Positions 38,334 through 50,450 of a DNA stretch of 64,000 nt are shown here, one piece after another. The stretch is from assembly GCF_964213995.1 (NCBI RefSeq), contig NC_135820.1, positions 62,682,001 through 62,746,000 of the forward strand, given 5' to 3'. The notes beneath the pieces are model-generated. The model made no database searches. It worked only from the letters and a program-made list of their open reading frames with translations, and was not told the origin of the DNA. Position numbers and translations under genes: made by a program. Position 1 is the stretch's first letter. Each line of letters starts with the position of its first letter. The stretch comes from Mustelus asterias. Its lineage: Eukaryota.

Positions 38334-40309
38334 ATTATTAATTCATATGGTTTTACATACAAAACAAGTTAAACATTACCATGGAAACGCCTCCAGAGTT
38401 AAGAATCTGGACTTAACATGCACTAAAATGAACTTGAGGCAAATCAAGAAGACTGATATACTGTCAGGAGGTAAATTAAAGAGAAAGAGAGAGGGCTAAC
38501 TGATAAATGTTACAAATAAGTGTGAAAGGATTAAAGGATTAACTGAATGATTGCAGCAGAGTGGCCACATGCTAATCTATTGCCAGAGATGATAAGGTAA
38601 TTCGCACTTAGACTAAATGCGGTTTAAGGAGATTTAAGAGTATTGCGTTAACGCCAAACACTTACACCGATAGTTAGGTTTTGTAGTGAAAACTGAAGCA
38701 TATGGCTCTATGAGCATCTTAGCCTCTGTGCTCTGAACTATATGGAATTCAACCATGGAAAATTGCATATCAGCATACTGTGAAAGGTGTCTGTTCATGT
38801 TTTTGCTGTATGATACGCCCGTGAATTTACCACCACATTGTGAATTGTCTTTTTTCTTCCATGTCTACTTCTCTTTCTCTTGTAAACTGGGGATGGAAAG
38901 GGAAAGGCTTAATCTGTGGAAGAATGTGAGACAAAAGACAAAATTCGTTCAAAAGAAAAGTGCACATGTCAGCTATCACAGTGAATGTTTTTTCGCACCT
39001 TACACAATGATACTATTGATCACGTTAACTTGACTGCGCCTGTGCAGTTCATCCAGTTGATGTCAGAGTAACTGATGGGGAATAAACAACCTCGGGTTAC
39101 CATTGATAAAGTCCTGAGCAAACAGATAGATGGAGATTACAAGAGATAATTGAGAAGTTAAATCAGAACGGTTTGGAACAAAATTCATTGGCAATCAGTA
39201 AAGAGAAAAGAGTTTCCAAAAATGACCTTGAAGTGAATAATATGAATGCAAAACAAGCAAATGTTCTTTAGTTGGCTGGTTTAATAAATCAGATGACTAA
39301 AATAATGCAAAAATTAAGTAAAGATATTTAACAACATTAAATACTAAACAACAGTAATCAAGCCGACGATATTAAGAATGCTTATAATCTCTCCATACTT
39401 AAAATGTTGCTGAGATCCATTTTCTCTGCGTTTTTCCTTCAATCCAATTATTTTTATCAGGCCAATCATGACTCCCTGCTAATAAGCTAAAGTTACGCCT
39501 TTCAAGTGCCTGAGTGGCTAACTAACTGGTTAGCTGGCACCATGAAATGTTATTTCAGCTATACAGTGCATGTAACTATAGGAAACTGAAAAGCATTGAA
39601 CGTGTAAAGCTTAGGGCTGACTCTTCCGATTCCTGTCCCTGTGGGACCGGTGACAAAGTTGGAAAAAAAATAGCCAAAGCAACTACCAGACTCACTCCCA
39701 CCTTTGAGTAATCTTGCTGGAAGCAGGGTCAATGCAGCAGAGGCTGCCCAGCTGTCAGGGGCATGGGGGCCAGTTAGGCCCATTGCCATTAATGGTCCAT
39801 TAACGTTGGTCTTCCCCACAGGGGAGTCTGCCGGCTTGGGTACCATCAAAGCCTCTTACTGATCATCTCAGCACAGTCCCACTGAGGTGTGACAACCGCA
39901 AGCCATCCTACTGAGCTGTCCCCTCTCATAATTATGGCTTGACATCTCCGGCCATGTGTGATTTTTAAAAAAATTATTCCAACACTGCAAGGGAGTGACT
40001 CCATTTTGAGGCACCCTCGCTGTCTCTGTCTGCCTCAGCTTCACCAACCTCTCCCAGTGGGACTGTTGGCTGGACATGGTTGCAGCATCCTATTGTGCCT
40101 CCTGTTTCCATGGTCCTCTGCCATCCTAAATTGGGCAGGGATCCCAGAGGATCAAGAGGCCCACTCTGGGAATATCGTGACCAACTTCCCACCACAGCCA
40201 CTTCTGTACTCCTAAACCGGGCTCGCAATGAAACCAGGAAAATTCAGCCCTTCATCTTCACATTTGGCAATCTACAGCAAATAAGGTAACACAGCTACAA
40301 CAGTCCAGG

Positions 40310-40428
40310 ATGACACGGTGGCACAGTGGTTAACACTACTGCTTCACAGCGCCAGGGACCAGGTTCGATTCCCGGCTTGGGTCACTGTCTGTGTGGAGTT
40401 TGCACATTCTCCCCGTGACTGCGTGGGT
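40310..40428 (+). mobile_element. V-SINE head only
   Basis: A/B-box head ending at GCGTGGGT. Confidence 0.85.
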
Positions 40429-40434
40429 GAAGAG

Positions 40435-40715
40435 GTGAAATGTATATCTTGACTGATATCCTGGCTCGTGATTGACCAAAATGGAGAAGGCTCATTCTGG
40501 AAGGCACTAAACACATTAATAGGCTTTGCCAGGAACATGTAGAAGCGTCAGAGGGAGCACACGAATCTCCAATCCACTCATCTATCCAACCCTTCAGCAC
40601 CACCTGCCCCACATGTGGCAGTCTGCAAATTGCACAATGGACTGACCTGCTACCTCAAGCCAAGTGAAAGCAAGTCATCCTTGATCCCAAGGGACTGTCT
40701 CAGAAGAAGGAAGAT
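40435..40715 (+). mobile_element. RTE(BovB)-like LINE 3' end
   Basis: LARD*PKWRRLILEG...TCPTCG Zn-knuckle relic and GTCATCCTTGATCCCAAGGGACTG-(AAG)n tail. Confidence 0.6.
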
Positions 40716-40719
40716 AGGC

Positions 40720-41330
40720 CAGTGAGACTTAGTGCGAGCTAGAACACAGAAGTTGTGTGGATGACCTCAAGTTTGTGGAGTGTGAAACATGAGAAGTCAG
40801 CCAGGAATTTGCTGGAATAGTCCACCCTGGAGGTAACAAAGGTATAGTTGAGAGTTTCTGAAACAGATGAGCTTCAGGCAGAGGCAAATGTTACAAAGGT
40901 GGAAATAAACAATGTTGACAATAGAACAAACAAGTGGTCAGAAGCTCATCTCAGATTAGGCTTGTCGCTAAAGACGCAAACTGTCTGGTCCAGCCTCAGA
41001 TAGGGTTGGTGATTAGGGAATGGAGCTTGTGGCCGGGACCAAAGTCCATGGCTTTGGTGTTTACAATACTGGAGGAATTTTCCATTCATTCGCTACAGGA
41101 TGTCAGACTAACAATTTGATAGTATAGAGATAGTGGAAGGGTCATGAGTGCTCAGGTGAATCTGGGTATTATCATGTGGAAAATGACAACTTTGTCAAGG
41201 AACAATGTGTAGATGAGAAATCAAAAAAAAGAAACAGAATTCAGAAAGAGAAGGATAGATCCTTGGGAAACACCAAAAGTAATGGTACAGGAGCAAGAAT
41301 GGAAGCTCTTGCAGGTGGCTATTGTTATAA
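40720..41330 (-). mobile_element. Degraded L2 LINE RT fragment
   Basis: GGATAGATCCTTGGGAAACACC is the reverse of GVSQGSI; collinear with other L2 relics. Confidence 0.5.
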
Positions 41331-41687
41331 TCTCTGCAGGGACTGATAACTTTTATAAAGAGATTCCAGCTTCCAGTTACTTGTTGAAAAAAATGACAAG
41401 AACCTTTGCTGTAACAAATGACTAAGACCATGATTGACAAGACATTATTTGCTTTCAGTCAGTGATTTAATACTTTAAACTACATCACCTTTTATACTCA
41501 TCACAAATTGCAATCTCGACACAATTTCAGTCCTTATAGCAAACAGCCTACAGTTGTTCCCAGCCTCCAATGGATTCCAGTATCCCCATGTCACAGAGTA
41601 TTAACTTCAAGTAATCCTCTCCAGGTGCTCTCTTCAAGCCTCAGAGATTTCCTTAAATCGATCACCAGCAGTAAAGTCTGTTTCAAT

Positions 41688-42308
41688 GGGCAGAATTTAA
41701 CCCTTGTTTGGCAGAGTGGCACAGCAGGTGGAAAAACAGGGGGAGAAGCCGCCAGACCCAAGAGGGGCTTCCATGGTATATTGTGAACCTCTTAGTGAAA
41801 AAAGAAATAAGGGGTGGGTCGCGCCAGCAACTTGCTTTCTAAAAGATCAGGAGGGTGCACCAATTTTTTTTAAAAATAGAAACATCCCCCACACCCTCCA
41901 CACCATGGAGACCCCTTCCCACAGACAGGGAGCCCCTTCCACACAACTCCTTATACACAACCTCCCACCATGGAACCCACCCGGCAGTGACACTCTCCCC
42001 CGTGGGGGCTCTACTGGCCTATGCGCCTCTGGCAGGTTCTGCTCGCTAGCTGCACGTGGTGGGGGACCTGTAGTGATTCCTGTCGGCGTGTAATTAATGT
42101 GGGGGCTAACAGGTGTAAAGGCCTGATGATGATGTCTAAATGTATTCAAATGGGAATCCTGATGTTCAAAGCTGGGATACCCATTATGTCATTGGCACGG
42201 GATGGGGATAATTGATTGGGGAAATCCTGTTCGCTTAAAAGCCATTTTGGGACTCCCGCAGGATTTTTTTGCCCCTGCCGCCATTCCCACTCCCCCGAAA
42301 ATTCTCCT
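41688..42308. mobile_element. Probable larger Harbinger-type non-autonomous element
   Basis: GGGCAGAATTT ... AAAATTCTCC ends; GC-rich interior. Confidence 0.45.
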
Positions 42309-42913
42309 GAAATCCTGAGGTGACTGCGGGATATGTCTCTTCTAACGAGAGACCATCTCCCTCCTGCACCCGCCTGTGGTCGTTTGTAAAGCCAAGCGGC
42401 CTCGTCTCTCTGCTGACAACACAAATCTGTGTCTGTCTGTGATATGCATTGATTTTAGGGAAGCCTGCAGTCTGATCACAAAAATAGCTTCCTCTGCCAC
42501 CTTCGCCATGGCAACCTGAAGCATATCAACCTTGCATCCAGTGGCAATGCTGATTAGCTATCCTTGACCTCAGCTCTCTTTAACCTTCGATGTAAATAGA
42601 CAGTTTACAGCACAACTGTTTACAGCACAACCAGATATCGACAACATTGTTCCGGGGCCTTGGAAGACACAGAGTCTATCAACTGTGAATTCAGAGACGG
42701 CTTCCATCATCTCCAAATATAAATACTTTGCACATTCTTCCCAGTAAAGTAATCAAAGCTTTTTGCTGAGCTCCAAACGTCAAAACGCACAGGCTTACTG
42801 TTAGGCAGACTTCAGAACAGATTAACTATCCTAAATTTAAAGATATGCTCCCAAGACATCATAATCTTAAAGACCTCACAATTGTAACATTACCATTCGG
42901 ATAGGTAAGAATT

Positions 42914-43205
42914 GGCACGGTGGCACAGTGATTAGCACTGCTGCCTCACAGTGCCAGGAACATGCAGACTCCGCACAGTCTGCACGTTCTCCCCATGTCT
43001 GCATGGATTTCCTCTGGGTGCTCTGGTTTCCTCCTACAGTCTGAAAGGTGTCCTGGTTAGGTGCGTTGGCCCATGTTAAATTCTTCCTCCGTGTACCCGA
43101 ACAGGCGCCGGAGTGTGGCGACTAGGGAATTTTCACAGTAATTTCATTGCAGTATTAATGTAAGCCCACTTGTGACACTAATAAATAAACTTAACTTAAA
43201 AACTT
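42914..43205 (+). mobile_element. V-SINE type B (internal rearrangement)
   Basis: Head and type B tail. Confidence 0.88.
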
Positions 43206-43561
43206 AGAAGTAATTATGCAAGTGCAGTTCCACGAAGCTCAAAGAGAAGAGGAACATTGGCAGTGCTTGATGCGACAGTCAGATCAAGGTGGAAGAGGAG
43301 GGATATTTTACCTTTGTCACAGTCTTATAGGATGTGATTTGTAACTGATAAGGACTGCCTCAGAACTGTGGCAGGAGAAGAACCTGATTGGAATGATTCA
43401 GACTGGAATTTCGAGAAAGATAGGCATGGATTTGAGAGGTGACAGCAAGTCTCTCAAGGACTTGAGAGAAAAGGCAAGTTAGTGATGGGACACTTTTAAA
43501 TCTATCCAACTGAGGCGTTGGTTTTTTGAAGAGAAGTGGGATAATGACACATTTGTTTAAA

Positions 43562-43810
43562 TTTAAAGTTTATTAATGCCACAAGCAGGCTTGTCGCCAC
43601 ACTCTGGTGCCTGTTCAGGTACACTGAGGGAGAATTTAACATGGACAACGCACCTAACCATCACATCTTTTGGACTGCGGGAGGAAATTGGAGCACCTGG
43701 AGGAAACACACGCAGACACAGGGAGAATGTGCAGAGTCCGCCTAGGCAGTGACCCAAGCCAGGAATTAAACCCAGGTCCCTGGCTCTGTGAGGTAGCAGA
43801 GCTAACCACC
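43562..43810 (-). mobile_element. V-SINE type B (tail deletion)
   Basis: V-domain and partial type B tail. Confidence 0.85.
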
Positions 43811-44654
43811 GGTTGCAGTACCTGAAGAGAGGGAATTGTTAACAACATTAACTAGCATGGGAAGTTGCGAGGTTCGGGGGAATAGGGCCGAAAAAAGGTT
43901 ATATTCATAACAAGCAGTGAAAGACAGCACGGGTTTCTACCCAAGGGTGATTTAACAAGTTTAGTTGATCTTAGAACTTGATTTCTGCAAGAAGTATTTA
44001 CATCACATTTTCTTTTAAAAAGAGGCGTTAAATTAGTGATCGTGATTGGGCAAAACTGCAGGTTGTATATCTGTTTGTTGTAATACCCTTATTGAATTAA
44101 GCAATAACAGAAAGCAGACCCCATACAGATTAAGAATATTTTAGATACAATGGAAATCTAAATTGGAGGAGCAGGAAAAAATAGGAGCAGACTGATGCAG
44201 GCAAACAAAGAGGAAGACACACTAAGGGAATGTAATTATGTGAATTTGACGCACAGAGACAACCTCTTAGCATTGCCTTGCACTATATTTGCCCCCATGG
44301 ATTTGCTTCATTTGATTTAGTGGATTTTATGAGCATGAAAGTGAGGCATAGCATGAAATTTAATTGCTCTCTTGCAACTCTTTGCAGCAGCAAGCACTCC
44401 CAGGTTAGCTATCATCCAGAGCTTGTATTGGACTCTTGTGTTGCAGCCAGTTTTCTTAATGCGTGATTTGTATTCTAGTAGGTTTGCACTGTGCTTCAAA
44501 TTCATTCTTCCCAGGATTGCTGCATTGAAGGTTATGCAGTTGTGTTGCAGGAGAATAATAAAGTATGTGGTAATAATGTTCATTGTGACAGCTGCAGTGC
44601 CAAACTACCTGGTACTTTGGACCTTTGCTAACGAATTTAATATTCCCTTTTTTA

Positions 44655-44848
44655 GAATCCATAGAATCATAGAATCCCTACAGTGCAGACGGAGGCCATT
44701 CGGCCCATTGAGTCTGCACCGACCACAATCCCACCCATGCCGTATTCCTGTAACCCCGCATATTTACCCTGCTAATCCCCCTGACACTCGGGTTAATTTA
44801 GCATGGCCAATCAACCTAACCCGCACATCTTTGGACTGTGGGAGGAAG
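44655..44848 (-). mobile_element. HE1-type V-SINE 3' half
   Basis: Type A tail. Confidence 0.88.
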
Positions 44849-44949
44849 CAGGAATTGTGTTTAGATATTGAACGCTGAATAACTACTTGACCCGTCAGGG
44901 TTTCCCATCTTTGTTTCTGCAATTAACATTTTATTAACATCAATTTTAT

Positions 44950-45078
44950 GCAAGGAATTGAGGGATTTGGACCAGGGGCAGGCAGAGGGGATTAGTTTAA
45001 TTTGGCATCATGTGCGGCACAACATTGTGGGCCGAAGGGCCCATTCCTGTGCTGTACTGTTCCATGTTCTATATTCTA
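44950..45078 (+). mobile_element. CR1 3' tail fragment
   Basis: GGGCCGAAGGGCCCATTCCTGTGCTGTACTGTTCCATGTTCTAT tail. Confidence 0.7.
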
Positions 45079-45458
45079 ACATATTATGAAATATCAGATT
45101 GGGATACCACAGAGAGGACACAGCATAATCTGGCAAAAAATCTGCCAAGATGTTTACATATTTTATAACATATCAGTCATTGCAGGAATTAAATAATGTA
45201 GATCAGACACCACACCAAATCACCTTGAACCAAGGCAGGAAGAGTCCATAGAATCAGACTCTGCAATTTTGAGAATTAATTGAGTTTGGAAGTGGGTTTT
45301 TGAGTGACATAGTTTGCCGTGCGTTTGTTAATGAAAAATAAGCTGATAGTCACACATTCTGCGTCATTGATCTGGTCAGTCAGATAAGCAAGCTTGCTCA
45401 TCTGTTGAAAATTGCCAACACGGTTTGCTTCCATCTTGGTTCCTGAAGCATACCTCAA

Positions 45459-45609
45459 NNNNNNNNNNNNNNNNNNNNNNNNNNNNNNNNNNNNNNNNNN
45501 NNNNNNNNNNNNNNNNNNNNNNNNNNNNNNNNNNNNNNNNNNNNNNNNNNNNNNNNNNNNNNNNNNNNNNNNNNNNNNNNNNNNNNNNNNNNNNNNNNNN
45601 NNNNNNNNN
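45459..45609. other. Assembly gap (151 N)
   Basis: Run of N. Confidence 1.
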
Positions 45610-45825
45610 GCAGTGCTCAGTTAGGACCAAGAGCCACATTTTATCAGTGGCAGCCATCGCTATTAAGGCTAAGGACAGCCATCCTCCTCCAAGAGTTACC
45701 GGCACTTCAGATATCAGTTGCATCGTCCCAGTTGATATCAGCTTTCTCAGCACAGAGCAAAGGGCACACACAGCCTTTGGAAAACTCAGTTACAAGATGG
45801 ACAAGAAATGCTGATTTTACCAGTA

Positions 45826-46118
45826 ACACAGTGGCACAGTGGTTAGCACTGTTGCCTCACTAGTGCCAGGGACCCGGGTTTGATTCCCGGCTTGGGTCAC
45901 TGTGCGGAGTCTGCACGTTTCCCCACGTCTGCATGGGTTTCCTCTGGGTGCTCCGGTTTCCTCCCACAGTCCAAAAGACCTGTTGGTTAGGTGCATTGGA
46001 CACGCTAAATTCTCCCTCTGTGCACCCGAACAGGCACCACAGTGTGGAGACTAGGGGATTTTCACAGTAACTTCATTGCAGTGTTAATGTAAGCCTACTC
46101 GTGACCCTGATAAGTAAA
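45826..46118 (+). mobile_element. V-SINE type B
   Basis: Head, V-domain, type B tail. Confidence 0.9.
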
Positions 46119-46219
46119 CAACCTCGGAATGAACATGAAACAAACGGCAGTTTGTAACGATGGGTGGGATTTTCTGGCCCTTTCCACCAGTGGAACCTTC
46201 CGGTCCTGCCGAGGTCGCG

Positions 46220-46346
46220 CACCCGGAGGAAACCTATGCAGACACGGGGAGAACGTGCAAACTCCACACAGACAGTGACCAGAGGCCAGAATTGAATCTT
46301 GGACCCTAGCGCTGTGAGGCAGCAGTGCTAACCACTGTGCCACTGT
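46220..46346 (-). mobile_element. V-SINE head
   Basis: A/B-box head and part of the V-domain. Confidence 0.85.
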
Positions 46347-46354
46347 AATAAACT

Positions 46355-46561
46355 GAAGGAAGGACATTAGTGAACCAGGTGGGTTTTACAACAATCGACT
46401 ATGGGTTGACAGTCATCATTAAACTTTTAATTCCTGATTTTTAATTGAATTGAAATTCCATCATCTACCATGGTGGGATTCGAACCAGAGTCCCCAGAAC
46501 ATTACTCTGGGTTTCTGAATTATTAATCCAATGACAATACCACTACGCCAACATCTCCTCC
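46355..46561 (-). mobile_element. 5' half of the third SINE family
   Basis: Collinear with 31497-31672. Confidence 0.7.
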
Positions 46562-47296
46562 TTTTTTTGAAAGAGAATTTGAAGTTCTGTAATATTTCCG
46601 AGCCAAATCATGCTTCTTCAGTTTCAACCTTCTATCTTTAGATGCATTAACACATTAATTTCAAAATCCAGTACAATTTCAGAGCAGCTTGACATCATAG
46701 CTCACCTTAATTTAGGCCGGAATTAAACACTGCTCAGGCTAATCTATGCTTGATAAGAAAAAAAGATTTGCTTCCAAGAGAGGCATATTAAAGGAATGGG
46801 ATTGTGAGATTGCAGGGAGCAAGGTGAATTCAGAATCGCCTGGAAGATAGAAAGATGCACTTATGTTTTCAAATTAGTGCCACATCTTACATTTTTCAAG
46901 TCAACCTCCTGGCTTCAAATGGATAAGGCCTTGAGGTCCTGGTTGAAAGGTATATGTGATAAAATTCTAACTTGTCCTTTAATATAAACTTGATAGGGCT
47001 GCCATCTCATCAGCAGTGCTGTCAAGAGAACATTACAGGCTTCCAGATGACAGCAGAATGAAATTGTCCATCACAATATAGTTGGCATTTTTGATATTTT
47101 CTGAAGTCATGAAAATAAAGGGCACTCAATAGCATCGGGACAACTGTTTTTATTACTTTATTGATATAGACTTTCTGAAACACATCAATGATAAAGCTGT
47201 GAAGGTTATGCTTAGAGTCGAGTGAAATGCGATACAAATTCAAAAATGGAATCTGTTTTAAGTGTGACGGCCACTTTAATTATTCCCACTGAGGTA

Positions 47297-47863
47297 CATA
47301 GAACGTAGAACATAGAACAGTACAGCACAGAACAGGCCCTTCGACCCATGATGTTGTGCCGAGCTTTATCTGAAACCAAGATCAAGCTATTCCACTCCCT
47401 ATCATCCTGGTGTGCTCCATGTGCCTATCCAATAACCGCTTAAATGTTCCTAAAGTGTCTGACTCCACTATCACTGCAGGCAGTCCATTCCACACCCCAA
47501 CCACTCTCTGCGTAAAGAACCTACCTCGGATATCCTTCCTGTATCTCCCACCACGAACCCTATAGTTATGCCCCCTTGTAATAGCTCCATCCACCCGAGG
47601 AAATAGTCTTTGAACGTTCACTCTATCTATCCCCTTCATCATTTTATAAACCTCTATCAAGTGTCCCCTCAGCCTCCTCCGCTCCAGAGAGAACAGCCCT
47701 AGCTCCCGCAACCTTTCCTCATAAGAACTACCCTCCAAACCAGGCAGCATCCTGGTAAATCTCCTCTGCACTCTTTCCAGCGCTTCCACATCCTTCCTAT
47801 AGTGAGGTGACCAGAACTGCACACAATACTCCAAATGTGGTCTCACCAAGGTCCTGTACAGTT
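47297..47863 (-). mobile_element. CR1 LINE 3' fragment
   Basis: ORF 47382-47849 encodes the CR1 ORF2 C-terminus; (CATAGAA)n tail on the + strand; GGTA target-site duplication. Confidence 0.93.
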
Positions 47864-47989
47864 GGTAGTGTTTACATTCCTTCTGACCTACAACCTACAT
47901 TTGTATAGTGCCTTTACCTGAGAACAGTATCCCAAAGTGCATCACAGAGGTGCAATCAGAGAAAAATCGCACTAAGCAAAGAATATATC

Positions 47990-48839
47990 GGGCCCGATTT
48001 TACCATCACGTTTTCGGGCGCAATAGCTTGGTAAAGTCGGGCATGAGGCGAGTAGCGCAATCCGCGCCCGCCTCCGCACCAGTTCCCCCTTTACCAAGGC
48101 CCGAAAATGGCCACGATCAGGACCGTGCCCGAAATGGACGTGACGGCCATTTAAATGCATTTGCATGCATTTAAATTGACTTAATGGGTTGCACGCCCAA
48201 CCTTACCGGCACTTCTCCATTTATCACCATGTTCGCCCATCCAGAATCGGCGTAAATAAGACAGGCTCCACAAAAGTCTGATTTAGGCGTTTCAGTTAGT
48301 GAGGAGGTAAGTGCTGAGCATCCGACGGCTCTCTGCTTGGGATCGGGTGGGGGGGGGGGGGGGGGGGTGGTGGTGGGAGGAGTGGGGGGTCCACTGCCAC
48401 TCTGCCTGTGATTAGTGAGGGGAAGGGGGGTTCGCTGTCACGCTGTCTGTGATCAGTGAGGGGGAAGGGGGGAAGGGCCTGTGATTGTTCTGGATGGCGG
48501 GGGGATGGAGAGGGGATAAGGGGGTCAGTAATGTTGTGGGGGTGGGGCAATGTCTGTGGGGGCCAGGGGGAGGCATTATCCGGCCCAGGAGGGATGTAGC
48601 AGGGGAGCAGCATTCTATCATTTTTTTTCCGCGTATGCGCAGTTGGAGGCGCCGATCGGACCTGCAGGATTTTGGGTGCATTAAGCCCCGCCCACAGGCT
48701 TCTGCAGCACGATTCAGAATCGCTTATATTTTTTCAGGCAGTGTGCGCATGGGGGTGCCTGAGAACAGGTCTAAAAGTCGGATCTGAAACAGCTTCAAGT
48801 CCGCCCAGCACTTAGAATCAAAATGGTAAAATAGGGCCC
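47990..48839. mobile_element. Non-autonomous TIR DNA transposon (PIF/Harbinger-like), sister of 31965-33555
   Basis: 17-bp TIRs GGGCCCGATTTTACCAT / ATGGTAAAATAGGGCCC (16/17); flanks ATC/ATT; inserted into an L2-like 3' tail. Confidence 0.85.
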
Positions 48840-48904
48840 ATTAACTTTTGTGACCAATATCTTAATCAAAGAGATGGATTGGATCGTAAAGGTAAGCTGA
48901 TCTA

Positions 48905-49069
48905 AGATGTGGTGATTTAAACTGAGGATCACCACATCTCAGACAAGGGGCAAGGCTGAGAAGACAGGCATTCATAAATAACCCCAGCCAGTACAGGAGT
49001 TGAACCCGTGCTGTTGGCATCACTCTGCAGCATAAATTAGCCATCCAGTCAACTAAGCTAAACCAACCA
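48905..49069 (-). mobile_element. tRNA-derived SINE head (fourth family)
   Basis: GGTTTAGCTTAGTTG A-box-like and GGGTTCAACTCC B-box on the - strand. Confidence 0.6.
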
Positions 49070-49174
49070 AATTGATTTATAGGGATGAAATGAAGATGGA
49101 GAAATTAAAGCTTCAGTGAGGAAATTCCAAAATTTGGGGCCTAAACAGCTGATGCAAGGGAAGATGATGGAGTT

Positions 49175-49518
49175 AAAGCAAATTATTGCGGATGCTAGAA
49201 TCTGAAACCAAAAGAGAAAATGCTGGAAAATCTCAGTAGGTCTGGCAGCATCTGTAAGGAGAGAAAAGAGCTGACGTTTCAAATCTAGATGACTCTTTGT
49301 CAAAGCTAAAAGTCATAGAAAGTGGGAGAAAGTGGCTATGGCTCATCTTTCATTCCCTCACTCTACATTATATTGTGGCTATGACTCATCTTTTATTCCT
49401 TCACCCTGCAGATAAATATCTCCCACTTTCTATGCCTTTTAGCTTTGACAAAGATTTATCTGGATTAGAAACATCAGCTCTTTTCTCTCGTTACAGATGC
49501 TGCCAGACCTGCTAAGAT
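49175..49518. mobile_element. Penelope-like terminal repeat, ~100 bp inverted arms
   Basis: 49230-49329 is the reverse complement of ~49419-49518. Confidence 0.65.
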
Positions 49519-50117
49519 GATGGGGTAATGGGAGAAATGCTCAAGAGGCCAGATGTGCAAGAAGAGAGAGAGTCCAGGAGGGCTGGTTAAGGCTGCGGAG
49601 ATAGGGGGAGGCAAGATCATGAAGGGATTTAAGCAAGGGTAAAAATGTAGCATTTGGGACACTGGGTGAGTGGGAGTAATGTCAGCAAGAGGAGGTGAGT
49701 GCGCGCAGAATTGGATGCAGGCAAAAGAGTTTGCGCTAACCAAAGACTACAAAACTTCAGGAGGATAGTCTGCGGTCTAATGCAACCTGAGGCACTGGCT
49801 GGGGAGTGAGGATGGGAATATAGACCAGGATTCTCTGATCTCATTTGCCCCGCTACCACTGTCCGCTGCCAGCGAGAATGGAGAATTTGGAGCTCAGCCA
49901 AAACTTCATTCAATGTAGTGGGACTGGAGAATCCCAGCCATGGACGAGGTTTGAGAATTCCAGCTATAGTGTTTTGATGGGAATGGAAAATGATGAGTTT
50001 AAATTTCCCAATGTTTAACTGGATAAAATTATTGCTTATTCAAAGGTGAATGTTGGATAAACAGTATGATGGTGTAGAGGCAGTGGAGGGTTGGGGAGAG
50101 ATAGTGGAGGGTAGAGC

Positions 50118-50268
50118 TTTTTTTGATTCATTTATGGGATGACTAGGCCAACATTTATTGCCCATGACTAATTGCCCTTCAGAAAATGGTAGTGAGCTGC
50201 ATTCATGAACCGCTGCAGTCCCTGTGGTGTAGGTGCGCCCATAGTGCTGTTAGGGAGAGAGTTCCCGC
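50118..50268 (-). mobile_element. 3' tail of the same CR1-group LINE
   Basis: CATTTATTGCCCATGACTAATTGCCCTT...GCTGCAGTCC, shared with 26570-26700. Confidence 0.65.
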
Positions 50269-50305
50269 AGGCTGTTGTCAGTGTAGCTATCCAGGCTGAC
50301 TTCAG

Positions 50306-50450
50306 AGGGTAGAAATTAGTTTAGTTAGAGGCAAAAAAATGTGTATTTTTCCACTAATTCCATTGACTGCAATGAAACTGAATATGTGGCGCTGCATATA
50401 ACAGGCAGCCAATCCGATGCTGCCCATTTTGCACCACCAATTTCTACCCC
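50306..50450. mobile_element. Harbinger-type MITE
   Basis: TIRs GGGTAGAAATT / AATTTCTACCC; flanks CAG/CAA. Confidence 0.6.
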
